DNA of 64,000 nucleotides from Squalus acanthias (taxonomy: Eukaryota): the NCBI GenBank assembly GCA_030390025.1, contig CM059432.1, forward strand, positions 110,734,001-110,798,000. Reading direction: 5' to 3'. Positions 49,831-61,891 of the stretch are shown in pieces. The notes under the pieces were generated by a model. The model was given only the letters and a program-made list of their open reading frames with translations. It did no database searches and was not told the DNA's origin. Position numbers and translations under genes: made by a program. The stretch's first letter is position 1; each line of letters begins with the position of its first letter.

Positions 49831-51156
49831 TGACTGAGCAAGGCAATTTTATACTGTGGACTCATGCCTAGTGGTATTGGGTTGAGAATGTACAAGGTCA
49901 TTCATTTCATACCATACCAGCCAACAAAGAGAGGATAATTTCATGCTGTCACTCCTACTCACTGTGCCAAGCTTGGCATTTTGTTTTATGAGCTAAAACC
50001 AGGCAACTATTTGATATAGCGAGTCAGAAAGACAAGATGATATTCTCCTCTTTGTAGGTTTTAAGTGAATTACCTTGCACAATCTCAACACGGTTCCATT
50101 GGGAATGAATAGCAATACTAAACTGCCAATCATTCAGTACTAATTCAAGTTTTATTCAAAGAAACCATGAATATGTTGTGGAAAAAAGGAAAAATTATAT
50201 TAAGAGTAAGAGAGTGGTAAAGGGTAATCTGGACCCATTAAAGACGGATTCAGATGAGACTATAGTGGTTGATATTGAAATAGCAGACTTGTAAAATGAG
50301 TATTTTGTATCCTTTTTCACAGAAGGATATTGAATGGGGCAGTGATTGTGTTAAGGACAGAGAAGGGGAAGAATTTCTGAAGTGTGTTCAGGAGAATTTT
50401 CTTGATCAGTATGTTTCCTGCCCAACGAGGAAGGAGGCATTGCTGGATCTAGTCCTGGGGAATGAAGTGGGTCAAGTTTGGTCCCAAATGTCACAGTCAA
50501 GGAGCATCTCGGGAATAGTGATCATAGTATTGTAAGGTTTAAATTAATTATAGAGAAGGACAAGGAGAAATGTAGAATTAAAATAATGGTTGAGGGCTAA
50601 TTTCAGCGGATTGAGGAGGGATTTGGCCCAGGTAAATTGGAGTCAAAGACTGGTAGGCAGAAATGTAATGGAGCAATGGCCTTTAAAGGAGGAGATGGTT
50701 TTGGTACAGACTAGGTACGTTTCCACAAGGGGGAAAGAGGGCAACCAAAGCCAGAGCTACCTGGATGACAAAAGTGTTCGAGAGTAGGATGAAGCAGAAA
50801 AAGGGGCGTATGACAGATGTCAGCTTGATAATACAAGGGAGAATCAGGCTGAATAAAGAAAGTACAGATGAGAAGTGACAAAGGAAATAAGAGGGGCAAA
50901 GAGAAACTACGAAAATAGAATGGCAGCTAACATAAAAAGGAATCCAAAGGTCTTCTATCGGCATATTAACAGTAAAAGGGTTGTTAGAGGAGCGGTGGGG
51001 CCGACTAGGGACCAAAATGGAGATCTATTGGTGGAGGCAACAGGCATGGCTGAGGTACATAGATACATAGATACATAGAAGATAGGAGCAGGAGTAGGCC
51101 ATCCGGCCCTTCGAGCCTGCTCCGCCATTTAATGCGATCATGGCTGATCCTCCAAT

Positions 51157-54108
51157 TCAGTATCCCGTCCCCGCCTTCTCTCCGTAACCCTTAACCCCTT
51201 TTGCCTGTAGAAATACATCTAATTCCCTCTTAAATATATTTAATGAGCTGGCGTACACTGCCCTCTGTGGCAATGAGTTCCACAGGTTCACCACCCTCTG
51301 AGTGAAGAAATTCCCCCTCATTTCTGTCCTAAATGGTTTAGCCCTTATCCTTAAATTATGTCCTCTAGTTCTGTTCTCACCCGCCAAGGGAAACATTCCT
51401 TCTGCATCTAGTCTGTCTAGACCTGTCAGAATTTTATACACTTCTATGAGGTCCCCTCTCAATCTTCTAAACTCCAGTGTGTACATCCCTAAACTACATA
51501 GTCTCTCCTCATAGGTCAATCCCGCCATTCCTGGTATCAGCCTGGTGAATCGCCGCTGCACCCCCTCCATGGCAAGAACATCTTTCCTCAGATGAGGCGA
51601 CCAAAACTGTACACAGTACTCGAGGTGTGGTCTCACCAGTGCCCTGTACAGCTGCAGCAAGGTATCCCTGTTCCTGTATTCCAACCCTTTTGCTATGAAG
51701 GCCAGCATACCGTTTGCCTTCTTGATCGCCTGTTGCACCTGCATGCTCGCCTTCAGTGACTGGTGTACAAGAACACCCAGGTCTCTCTGTACTTCCCCCT
51801 CTCCCAATTTATTGCCATTTAAATAATAATTTGCCCTCCCGTTCCTGCACCCAAGGTGGATAACTTCGCACTTGTCCACATTATAGTGCATCTGCCATTT
51901 ATCCGCCCAATCACCCAGTCTGTCCAAATCGCTCTGGAGCTTCCTGGTCTCCTCCTCTGAGCCCACCCCCCCTCCTAGTTTAGTGTCGTCTGCAAATTTG
52001 GAAATGCTGCATCCGACTCCCTGATCCAGGTCATTAATGTAAATTGTGAACAGCTGGGGACCCAGGACAGATCCCTGTGGTACCCCACTTGTTACTGCCT
52101 GCCATTCAGAAAATGAGCCGTTTATTCCAACTCTCTGTTTTCTATCTGACAGCCAGTTCTCTATCCACGTCAATACTTTCCCCTTTATCCCATGAGCTTC
52201 AATTTTCCCTGCTAATCTTTTATGTGGGACCTTATCGAAGGCCTTTTGGAAGTCCAGGTACACCACATCTACTGGCTCTCCCCCATCTATTTTACCAGTT
52301 ACTCCCTCAAAAAATTCCAATAGATTAGTCAAGCACGATTTACCCTTTGTAAATCCATGTTGACTCTGTCCTATCCTGTCCCCATTTGCTAAGTGCTCCG
52401 CTATTTCATCCTTAATGATGGACTCCAGCATTTTGCCCACAACCGATGTAAGGCTTACAGGTCTGTAATTACCTGCTTTTTCCCTACCCCCCTTTTTGAA
52501 TAGTGGGGTAACGTTAGCTACCCTCCAATCCATGGGCACTGTTCCCGAGTCTAATGAATTCTGAAAAATCATACTTAGTGCATCCGCTATCTCTAGGGCC
52601 ACCTCCTTCAGCACCCTAGGATGCATGTTATCAGGCCCTGGGGATTTGTCCGCCTTCAATCCCTTTAGCTTCCTTAACACCATATCCTTAGAGATATTGA
52701 CTTGCGTCAGTTCCTCCTTTGCAAATGTCCCTATTTTTCCCGATATCCCAGGGAGGTTTTTTGTGTCTTCCTTCGTAAAGACTGACCCAAAGTATGCATT
52801 TAGTTGGTCTGCCATTTCCTTATTTCCCGTTATATATTCCCCCGTATCTGACTGCAATGGGCCAACTTTGGTTTTCACCAGTCTTTTCCTCTTGATATAC
52901 TTATAAAAGCTTTTGGAGTTAGTTTTTATATTTTCCGCCAGCTTGCTTTCGTAAGCTATTTTGCCCCTCTTGATTAAGCCCTTTGTCCTCCTTTGCTCTA
53001 TCTTAAACTGTTCCCAATCTTCCGCTCTGGCGCTTTTTTTGGCTATTTTATACGCCCTATCTTTGGATTTTATGCTGTCTCTAATTTCCCCTGTTATCCA
53101 CGGTTGAGTCACCTTTTTAGATTTCCTTTTATGCCAGATTGGTATAAACAATTTTTGCAATTTTGTCATTCTATCTTTAAATGCTTGCCATTGTTTATCT
53201 ACCTCCAGTCCTCCCAGGAACGTTGTCCAATCAGACCTACTCAGTTCCCGTCTAATGGCATCATAATTCCCCTTGTTTAAATTCAGGACCTTAGTATCTG
53301 AGTCAATTTCTTCGCTCTCCATTTCGAGTGAGAAATCGATCATGTTATGATCGCTCTGACCCAAGGGTCCCCGTACAACAAGATTACTAATTAGTCCCTT
53401 CTCATTGCACAGTACCCAGTCCAATATAGCCTGTTCCCGAGTTGGTTCCTCGACATATTGATCCAGATAACCATCCCTTAAACACTTAAGGAATTCCTCC
53501 TCCTCATTATTTTTACTGATTAGGCTATTCCAATCTATATGTAAGTTAAAGTCACCTATGATGACAGCTGTGCTCTTATTGCACGCTTCTCTAATTTCCC
53601 TCGTGATGCCCTCCCCAACCTCTATTTTACTATTTGGAGGCCTATATACCACTCCTATTAATGTTTTTCGCCCCTCGCTATTTCTTAGCTCCACCCATAT
53701 AGATTCTGTATTAACTGAGTTAATATCCTTCCTTTCAATTGCATTTATCCCTTCTTTTACCAGCAATGCTACCCCTCCTCCCTTTCTTTTTTGTCGATCC
53801 TTCCTAAATACTGAATACCCCTGTATGTTAAGCTCCCAGCCCTGCTCACCCTGCAACCATGTTTCCGTAATCCCAATTAGATCATAATTATTAACCTCTA
53901 TTTCCACAGCTAATTCATCTACCTTGTTCCTGATGCTTCTCGCATTAAGGTATAAAACCCTCAGGCTTTTTTTATGCTCACATTTTTTATGAATTAGTTT
54001 GGCCCTTTGTTTTTTGTTCCTCACTCTTTTACCATTTATTTCTGTCTGCCTTTCACTTTCCTCTATTTCACTACATAGGTTTCTAGCCCCCTGCCATACT
54101 AGTTTAAA
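51157..54108 (-). CDS. CR1 ORF2: AP-like endonuclease plus reverse transcriptase (frame open from the slippery site, 983 codons)
   Basis: [55 protein letters not shown]. Track start 54024 is GTG; first ATG at 53343. Confidence 0.95.
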   Translation of the reverse strand, partial: FKLVWQGARNLCSEIEESERQTEINGKRVRNKKQRAKLIHKKCEHKKSLRVLYLNARSIRNKVDELAVEIEVNNYDLIGITETWLQGEQGWELNIQGYSVFRKDRQKRKGGGVALLVKEGINAIERKDINSVNTESIWVELRNSEGRKTLIGVVYRPPNSKIEVGEGITREIREACNKSTAVIIGDFNLHIDWNSLISKNNEEEEFLKCLRDGYLDQYVEEPTREQAILDWVLCNEKGLISNLVVRGPLGQSDHNMIDFSLEMESEEIDSDTKVLNLNKGNYDAIRRELSRSDWTTFLGGLEVDKQWQAFKDRMTKLQKLFIPIWHKRKSKKVTQPWITGEIRDSIKSKDRAYKIAKKSARAEDWEQFKIEQRRTKGLIKRGKIAYESKLAENIKTNSKSFYKYIKRKRLVKTKVGPLQSDTGEYITGNKEMADQLNAYFGSVFTKEDTKNLPGISGKIGTFAKEELTQVNISKDMVLRKLKGLKADKSPGPDNMHPRVLKEVALEIADALSMIFQNSLDSGTVPMDWRVANVTPLFKKGGREKAGNYRPVSLTSVVGKMLESIIKDEIAEHLANGDRIGQSQHGFTKGKSCLTNLLEFFEGVTGKIDGGEPVDVVYLDFQKAFDKVPHKRLAGKIEAHGIKGKVLTWIENWLSDRKQRVGINGSFSEWQAVTSGVPQGSVLGPQLFTIYINDLDQGVGCSISKFADDTKLGGGVGSEEETRKLQSDLDRLGDWADKWQMHYNVDKCEVIHLGCRNGRANYYLNGNKLGEGEVQRDLGVLVHQSLKASMQVQQAIKKANGMLAFIAKGLEYRNRDTLLQLYRALVRPHLEYCVQFWSPHLRKDVLAMEGVQRRFTRLIPGMAGLTYEERLCSLGMYTLEFRRLRGDLIEVYKILTGLDRLDAEGMFPLAGENRTRGHNLRIRAKPFRTEMRGNFFTQRVVNLWNSLPQRAVYASSLNIFKRELDVFLQAKGVKGYGEKAGTGY

Positions 54109-54335
54109 TGCTCCCGAACTGCTTTATCAAAAATTACCCCGAGAACATCAGTTCCATCTTTGCACAGGTGTAGACCGTCCCTTTTGAAAAGGTCACACCT
54201 ACCACAAAACTGGTTCCAATGACTCAAAAATTTAAAACCCTCCCTCTTACACCACTGCTCAAGCCACGTATTTAGCCTAACTATCCTGTTCTCTGTACTC
54301 TTACTAGCACGTGGCACTGGTAGTAATCCAGAGAT
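54099..54335 (-). pseudogene. CR1 ORF1 C-terminal fragment (SGNH esterase-like)
   Basis: ISGLLPVPR..LNTWLEQWCKREGFKFLSHW..FKRDGLHL..HLN*. Confidence 0.85.
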
Positions 54336-54676
54336 TACTAAATGAGTACTTTGCATCGGTGTTGATCAAGGAAGAGAACTTTACCAAAGCTATGGTAAAC
54401 AAAGAGGTTGCTGGGATACTGGATGAGAAAAAATAAAGAGGAGGTACTAGAAAGGCTGGCAGTACTTTAAGTGGATAAGTCACCCGGTCCAGATGGGATG
54501 CATCCTAGGTTGCTGAGGGAAGTAAGGGTAGAAATTGCGGAGGCGTTGGCCACAATCGTCCAATCCTCCTTAGAAACAGGGGTGGTGCCAGAGGACTGGA
54601 GGATTGCAAATGTTACACCCTTGTTCAAAAAAGTGAAGAAGGATAAACCTGGCAATCACAGGCCAGTCAGTTTAAC

Positions 54677-54814
54677 ATTTTGACAAAAGGTCATCGACCT
54701 GAGACGTTAACTTTGTTTCTCTCTCCACAGATGCCGCCTGTCCTGCTGAGTGTTTCCAGCATTTTCTGTTTTTATTTCAGATTTCCAGCATCCGCAGTAT
54801 TTTGCTTTTGTTAC
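54677..54814 (+). mobile_element. Short Penelope 3'-end insertion (second family) in CR1
   Basis: Matches 45630-45742; flanked by tttaac/ttcaac; the CR1 RPVSLT|SVVGK rejoins. Confidence 0.8.
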
Positions 54815-55987
54815 TTCAACGTCGGTAGTGGGGAAGCTTTTAGAAACAATAATCCAGGAGAAAATTAACAGCCACTTGGACAAGCATGGACTAATAAAGG
54901 AGAGCCAGCACGGATTTGTTGAGGGTAAATCGTGTTTGACTAACTTGATTGAGTTTTTTGATGAGGTAACAGAGAGGGTGGATGAGGGCAGTGCAGTTGA
55001 TGTTGTGTATATGGACTTTCAAAAGGAGTTCGATAAAGTACCACATACTAGGATTGTTAGCAAAATTGAAGCCTATGCGATAAAAGGGGCAGTAGCAGCA
55101 TGGAAGTGTAGTAAACAGTGAGGAAGATAGTATTAGACTTCAAGAGGACATGGTGGAATGGAAGGACACATGGTAGATGAAATTCAACGCAGTAAAGTGT
55201 GAGGTGATACATATTATTAGGAAGAATGAGGAAAGACAATACAAGCAAAATGGTACAATTTTAAAGTGGGTGCAAGAACAGAGAGATTTGGGGGTGTTTA
55301 TGCACAAATCTTTGAAGGTGGCAGGACAGGTTAACAAAGCAGTTAATAAAGCAGATGGGATCCAGGGCTTTATAAATAGAGGCAGAGAGTACAAAAGCCA
55401 GGAAGTTATGCTAAACCTCTATAAAACACTAGTTCAGCCACAGCTGGACTATTGTGTCCAATTCTGGGCATCACACTTTAGGAAGGTTGTGAAGGCTTTG
55501 GAGAGGGTACAGAAGAGATTTACTAGAATGGTTCCAGAGAGGAAGGATTACAGTTACATGGATAGACTGGAGAAGCTGGGGTTGTTCTCCTTGGAGCAGA
55601 GAAGGCTAAGAGGAGATTTGATAGAGGTGTTTAAAATCATGAAGGGTTTAGTTAGAGTAAATAAAGAGAAACTGTTTCCAGTGGCTGAAGGGTCGGTAAC
55701 CAGACGACACAGATTTAAGGTGATTGGCAAAAGAACCAGAGGCGACATGAGGAAAAACTTTTTTACGCAACGAATGGTTAGGGTCTGGAATGCGCTGCCT
55801 GATAGGGTGGTGTATACAGAGTCAATAGTAGCCTTCAAAAGGGAATTGGATAAATACTTGAAGGAGAAAAAATTGCAGGGATGTGGGGAAAGAGCGGGGG
55901 AAGTGGGACTGGCTGGATTGCTCTTTGAAAGAGCCGGAGCAGACTCGATGGCCTCCTTCCGTGCTATGATTCTATGATTACTAAATC

Positions 55988-56600
55988 TAAGATGGTCTGT
56001 TCTCGTATTGGTTCAAGATCATATTGTTCCAGCGAACTGTCTCGAATACACTCAAGAAATTCGCTGCGTTTGGGACACGAGCTGTTCTGCTTCCCCTGTC
56101 TATGTGAAAATTGAAGTCTCGCAGGCTCTGCATTATATCGATGTCCCTCGTCGCCAACGGCAGCCGTGATCTGCGACGATCTGTCCCAAGCACTCTAACA
56201 GAGTGCAGGGCTGATCAATCGCGGCACAGGAAAAAGTTGAAAAAACAACCTAAGGGCTGAAAACAAATTTTTCATTGACACAAGCGGCCTTACCTTTAAA
56301 TACCACTCCCCAAGCACCCGGCCTCCCTAACAACACCTCCTGCGGCTGGCAGTGTTATCGCCCGGAGATGCTGCAGGGGGCAGAACCGAAGTTCGGATCT
56401 GGGGTGCTGCGCAGCCGGATGATGTCACGCTTTCCAGGTGCAGGAGAACATGGCACTAGGGGTTACCACCGCCGCAAACCTCCAATTCAATTTTGTGGGT
56501 GTCGGTACTATCGCTGCGCCCGGTTGCAAACTGGTAGCGCCCCGTTAACGCCCCCTCAGAGGCGCTAACGGAAGGCCCAAAGGAGGTCAATTTCTCCCCC
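55988..56600. mobile_element. CR1 EN scrap (minus, to about 56135) followed by a Harbinger terminal fragment
   Basis: DFNFHID..ECIRDSSLEQY; 56290-56600 resembles 21975-22272 and ends AATTTCTCCCC. Confidence 0.65.
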
Positions 56601-57188
56601 ATTATTTTTAAATAACCATTGATGTATAGTTTTGAGAAATGATTTTTGACTAGTCTTACAACTATATTTTTTTCCACTGCTGATTTTAAACTGACGCATT
56701 ATATTATTCTATGCCAGTGACACAATTTCGCAAGCTAAACAATATGTTTTGAGGTCTATGCTAGAGAAAGTCAATTATAGTGGTTCTGAAATAGGAAACA
56801 ATTTCTCTGAACTGAATGTTCTCTGCGGAGGTACCATTCACACAGAATGATGCAGTGAACAAGTGAAAAGTTCATCATCATTGATAAAAGGAAAAACAAA
56901 TAAAATTAACATAAATTGACTGCTTTCTCTAAATATTTCATGCAGGAAATTAAATGAAGGCACAGTCACAGCAGAGAGCAATTCACACAATGAGCCGCAA
57001 TCTGTCACCTCAAATGTAATTTAGGACCATATACTTATTTGTTTTAGTGACAATGGGTGACTGCCTGCTCTAGGGTTTAGCATTTTTAATGGTTACAAAT
57101 CTACAGTGCCTTCTATTTAGCACTGAGCCTCAGGCAAGGTTCAGCACTAAGTATCCAGCCAGTTTAAGCCAACTGTCACACAGACTAA

Positions 57189-60100
57189 GGCCGAGAAATT
57201 GGATATGGCCATGAAATGGGCAGTGTTAAGGCCCAACGATGTTGAGCTGTGCCACGCTAAAATGGTCTAGGTAGCACGCAAAATTCCTGCTCAGTCCTCA
57301 TCAACATAATTGTAGTCTTGATTTCAGCGCTAAAACCGCTGCTCATTGGCTTACTGCTCAACAGGTGGGCCAGACTAATTCCCAGTCATGTGAGGCACAG
57401 GCTTTATTCAGTACTTAAAGGGAAGGTGCATTGTTGGTACAGCACCTCATTGTAAATCCACTCAGAACTTCACCTGGAAGATGACGGCAGTGCAAACCCA
57501 TGGCTGAGCCTCAGCACAGTGAGAGAGCCCACAGGTTCTCTGACGCAGCTCTTGAGTCACTGGTGGTAGCCATGGAGAAGAGGTAGGCTGTCCTCTTCCC
57601 ACAGATGGGCAGGAAGTCCTCGCCACACACCTCGTGAAGGCTCTGGCAGGAGTAGCTGCCCATGTGACAGCCAGCACTGTGGTCCCAAGGTCAGTCATCC
57701 AGTGCCGAAAGAAGTTTAATGACCTCACACGGCAAGTCAAGGTGAGTGAAGGCTTCAGCAAATGCCATATCCCACCCTCTGTACCGCACCCCCAGCACTC
57801 ACCTACCAACAATCTCTACCTATCACCATTCACACCTCACAATCAGAGCTTCACCTCACCCTCACAACCTTACCACTGCTGCAACACTCACACCCACATC
57901 TCACACACGCTGACAGCTGTTTAACTATGGCAGGCACATCACCCAAACACATTGCAGCACACTCACTGACAAACTTTCCTTTCTCTTGCAGGACAAGGTT
58001 GCACATAATCGGAGGGAGCAGCAGCAGAAAGGCGGGGGCAAACTGCCATCCACGACCTCAGCCTGCTGGAGGAGAGAGTGCTGGAGATCATTGGGCGGCT
58101 GATCATAGGGGCCATGGCAACCGGCGAGGTTGAACCACTTAGGGACAATAATGGTATGCTCATACCTAATCCTTCTTCTCACATCCCACTTCCACCTCAT
58201 CCCACAATCTCTTCTCACTTACAAGCTGCTGATGCTGTATGCATGCACATCTTGCTTCCCCTCCCCCCACCTCCCCTCCGCGCCCCCCCCACCCGCCCCG
58301 CACCCTCCCCTCACCACAACCCGACTCCTGTGCCTTGCTGCTTTCAGATAATCAAGAACAAACACCTGAGCAGCTGAATTGCTCGGTGCAATGGCAAGCC
58401 TGCCAGAGAGCCTCTTGGCAATATCAAGGAGCGTGGAGGAATCCGCCTCCAACATTGCACGGGGCACTGCGCAGAGTTTGGAGCCCAGGATTTCCAGGCT
58501 GGAAATGATGGAAAACTCTAGGAGAGACTGTGTCGACCCAGACATGATAGGCGATGTCGCGGCTGCCATTGCAGCACAGGCGGAAGCGACCCAAGGTCTT
58601 AGTGCTGCAGTGGAAGCTCAGACTGCTCTCATGAAGTCTAAGCTTTGTGCCATCCAAGCTCAGACTGCTCTGATGGGCATATAATTGGCAAATGAAGTTC
58701 AACACAGATAAATGTGAGGTATTACATTTTGGTAGGAAGAATAGGGAGGTTACTTATGACTTGGAGGGTGCGAGTCTAGGTGGGGTAGAGGAACAAAGGG
58801 ATCTCGGAGTACAAATACACAAGTCACTAAAAGTTGCGATACAGGTTAGCAAGGCCACAAAAAAAGCAAACCAAGCACTAGGGTTTATTTCTAGAGGTAT
58901 AGAATTGAAAAGTAGGGGAGTTATGCTAAACTTGTATCGAACCTTGGTTAGACCACACTTAAGAGTACTGCATGCAATTCTGGTCGCCATATTATAAAAA
59001 GGATATGGAGGCACTGGAGAGGGTGCAGAGAAGATTTACAAGGATGATACCAGAAATGTGAGGGTATACATATCAGGAAAGGATGAACAGGCTGGATCTC
59101 TTTTCTCTGAAAAGGCTGAGGCATGACCTAATAGAGGTCTTTAAAATTATGAAAGGTTTTGATAGAGTAGATAGAGAGAGAATGTTTCCACTTGTGGGGA
59201 AGAGCATAACTAGAGGCCATCAATATAAGATAGTCACCAAGAAATCAAATAGGAAATTCAGAAGAAACTTCTTTACCCAAAGAGTGGTGAGAATGTGGAA
59301 CTCGCTACCACAGGGAGTGGTTGAAGCGAAAAGTATAGATGCATTTAAGGGGAGGCTGGACAATCATATGAGGGAGAAGGGAATAGAGGGTTATGCTGAT
59401 AGATTTAGATGAGGAAAGACAGGAGGAGGCTCGAGTGGAGCATAAAAGCCGGCATGGACTGGTTGGGCCGAATGGCCTGTTTCTGTGCTGTATATCCTAT
59501 GCAATCCTATGTAGTCTCAGCTTGCTGCCACCCAGGCTCAGACTGCTGCCATTGTGGTTGGGTTCACCACTGTCAACCAGGGCTTGCAGGCTGTTGCAGC
59601 AGCCCAGCAATCTGTGCTCCAATAGATTGCTAGGAATGCTGAGGCGCTGCACCGGGGGAGTGACAGTGGGTCAGTGGAGTAGGATCCTGCTGTCCTCTCT
59701 CAGGAGGACAGCATTCCTGCTCCCACCACTGCCACACCGCCACTGCCGGTCAGCCAGCCCAGGCTGCTGCTGCCCATGCCGAGGTGGTGCAGTCTACAGC
59801 CGGGCCTTCCAGGCCCAGAGCTGCTCGAGGTTGTCCTGCAAGGCCATCTGAAGTCTCCTCCATGGAAGCTCAGCGGCCTTCCACCAGCCATGCTGCAGCC
59901 ACTGGGGGAGCACTTCGTAGGAAAAGGCACATGAACGACAGGCACGAAGGGATTGCACAGGGTGATTAGTTCATATCGTAAATGTAAATATATGTGAAGT
60001 GATTTTGGATAAATTTATTAATTTTGTATGGAATCTTTTGTGGTGGCTCTCCTTTCAGCTTTGTGCCCAGGAGGATGCTGTGATATTCCGTGAGGCAGGG

Positions 60101-60330
60101 ATGGAATGATGGGGATGTGGTGAGCAACGGGGATCTGGGGTTTCATTTATTGGAATCGGAGTCTGATGGGTCGATCACGGACAGCCCGTCCGGAATGGGG
60201 ATTGGCTGCCTGCCTCCTCCCTCCCTTCTCTTCCTCCTCCTCCTCTCCCTCGTCCTCCTCCTGAGGTGGTCCCGCAATCCCTTGTGGCAAAGGCTGGTCA
60301 TGATGGCCAAGTTGTGAAACATGCAGAAGG
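57189..60330 (+). mobile_element. Decayed Harbinger: left TIR, three-exon Myb/SANT gene, convergent transposase 3' remnant
   Basis: TAA then GGCCGAGAAATTGG; QCRKKFNDLTRQVK|gtgagt; exon 2 after ctcttgcag (about 57992-58153); exon 3 after ctttcag (about 58348); antisense CMFHNLAIM near 60300. Confidence 0.82.
58676..59508 (+). mobile_element. 5'-truncated CR1 nested in Harbinger Myb exon 3
   Basis: MKFNTDKCEVLHFGRKN..RNFFTQRVVRMWNSLP; ATG at both junctions. Confidence 0.9.
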
Positions 60331-60369
60331 TTGTAAATTCAAGCCCCATTATAAATTTGGAAACATAAT

Positions 60370-60722
60370 CTAGGCTGACACTTAGTGCTGTATTGTTGGA
60401 AGTACAGCCTTTTGGATAATATGTTAGACTCAGGCCATGTTTGCCTGCTCGGGTGGACAGAGACAAACAATCACACAGCATCACTTGCAGAGCAGGAAGT
60501 TCTCCTGGTGGCCAAAATTGTTCCCTCAACCAACATCACCACAAACAGATAATCTTCCTTCATTTGTTGTTTGTGGGACTTCACTGTGTGCACATTGGCT
60601 GCCACGTATGTCTTCATACTAGCAGTGACTTCACTTCAAAAAAATAAACTACTGGATGTAAAGCGTTTTGGGCCATCCTGAGGATGTGATAATGTGCTGT
60701 ACATAAATGCAAGTTTCTCCTT
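60370..60722 (+). mobile_element. Degenerate DeuSINE
   Basis: ctaggctgacact..tgtttgtggga..taaatgcaagt. Confidence 0.7.
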
Positions 60723-61891
60723 TAATATTGTACAGCGTGACTTCACCCCATTAGAGTTGATCAACTTAACTAAGGTGAGGTATTCCTTAACCTATTTCAT
60801 TTGCAAATACCTGCTAATTTAGTTCATTGTTAACCACCATTATTTTTGCAGCAAAATGACAATTAAACTTAGAAAATACCCAATTCCAGAATTTTACAAT
60901 ATCCAGTTGAACTCTGAAACCACAAATCATTGCACTCCTTGTGCTCCAACCTAGACATGGGAAGACAGCGAACACCTGAGGGCACAATTTATGGTACCCG
61001 ATAATCCCGTGTGTACCTAGATTTTACATATATCTCTTCCAAAGGTTCTTCCTTTATGATCACCTTTATGAACATAGCATATGGCAATGCGAAATACTGT
61101 TAGTCACATAAATAACTACCATTTCACAATGCCGGTATGTAGTAGGATAAGTCCCATTATCACTGGGTGACTCCACATATATAGGAATGGGTATTATGAC
61201 AACTAATCTTATTGCCGAGCTCAGTTTAGTTTTCAATCAAATTTTTGCCTAGTTTCCAGAGACTGGGCGTGAAATTGGGCTCAGTAGCGCCCGTTGTTTG
61301 GACACTACAGGTGCCGTTCGGGCACTAAAAAGGTGTCCGATGTGCGTGCGCACACTTCTGCCATGAATTGCACCGGACGCCATCTTGGTGAGGGCATTAG
61401 CGAGCGCGCAGCTAACGTCCGCTGGAAGTATGCGGCATAGGCAGATCATGACGTCAATCAGCACGCCATGCTAATTTCACACCAGCGCTGCCATTTTGGA
61501 GCTCAACACTCCAGCCAGCGCCCTCCCTTCACCTCGCACAGCTGAACACGTGATGGAGCAGACCATTGGCCTGCTGAAACAATGGTTCTGCTGCCTGGAC
61601 TGCTCTGGGGGATCCCTGCAGTATTCGGCAGAACGGATGTCAAGATTCGTGGTGGACTGCTGCATGCTGCACAACCTCGCCATAATGAGGGCACAGCCCT
61701 TGTCGCCAGCTGTACGGCGAGCAGCTGAGGAGCAGGATGAGGAAGAGAGGAGGCAACCTAGACAACCCCTTTCTCCCGGGCTGTCCATGAAGAACTCATC
61801 CGAGTGCAAATACAGTAACCATATGCCCAATTCCCCATTCACCAACAGTCTCACACCTTACCTTCCCTCTGTCACTGACTATCACAGCCAC

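Larger units (their letters stand above)
51059..54335 (-). mobile_element. Young CR1 LINE, truncated within ORF1, ORF2 intact
   Basis: (tctatgta)3 tail at 51056-51079; TAC at both junctions; no stops in ORF2. Confidence 0.96.
50325..55980 (+). mobile_element. Older CR1 LINE (50325-51058 and 54336-55980) hosting a young CR1 and a PLE fragment
   Basis: EFLKCVQENFLDQYV..; gaggtac|taaatgagtactttgc rejoins across the insertion; C-terminal ORF 55177-55977. Confidence 0.9.

Noticed and set aside
56717..56830. Possible + strand exon (DTISQAKQYVLRS..)
   Set aside because: Weak donor (gtacca), short frame, no recognisable homology or partner exons
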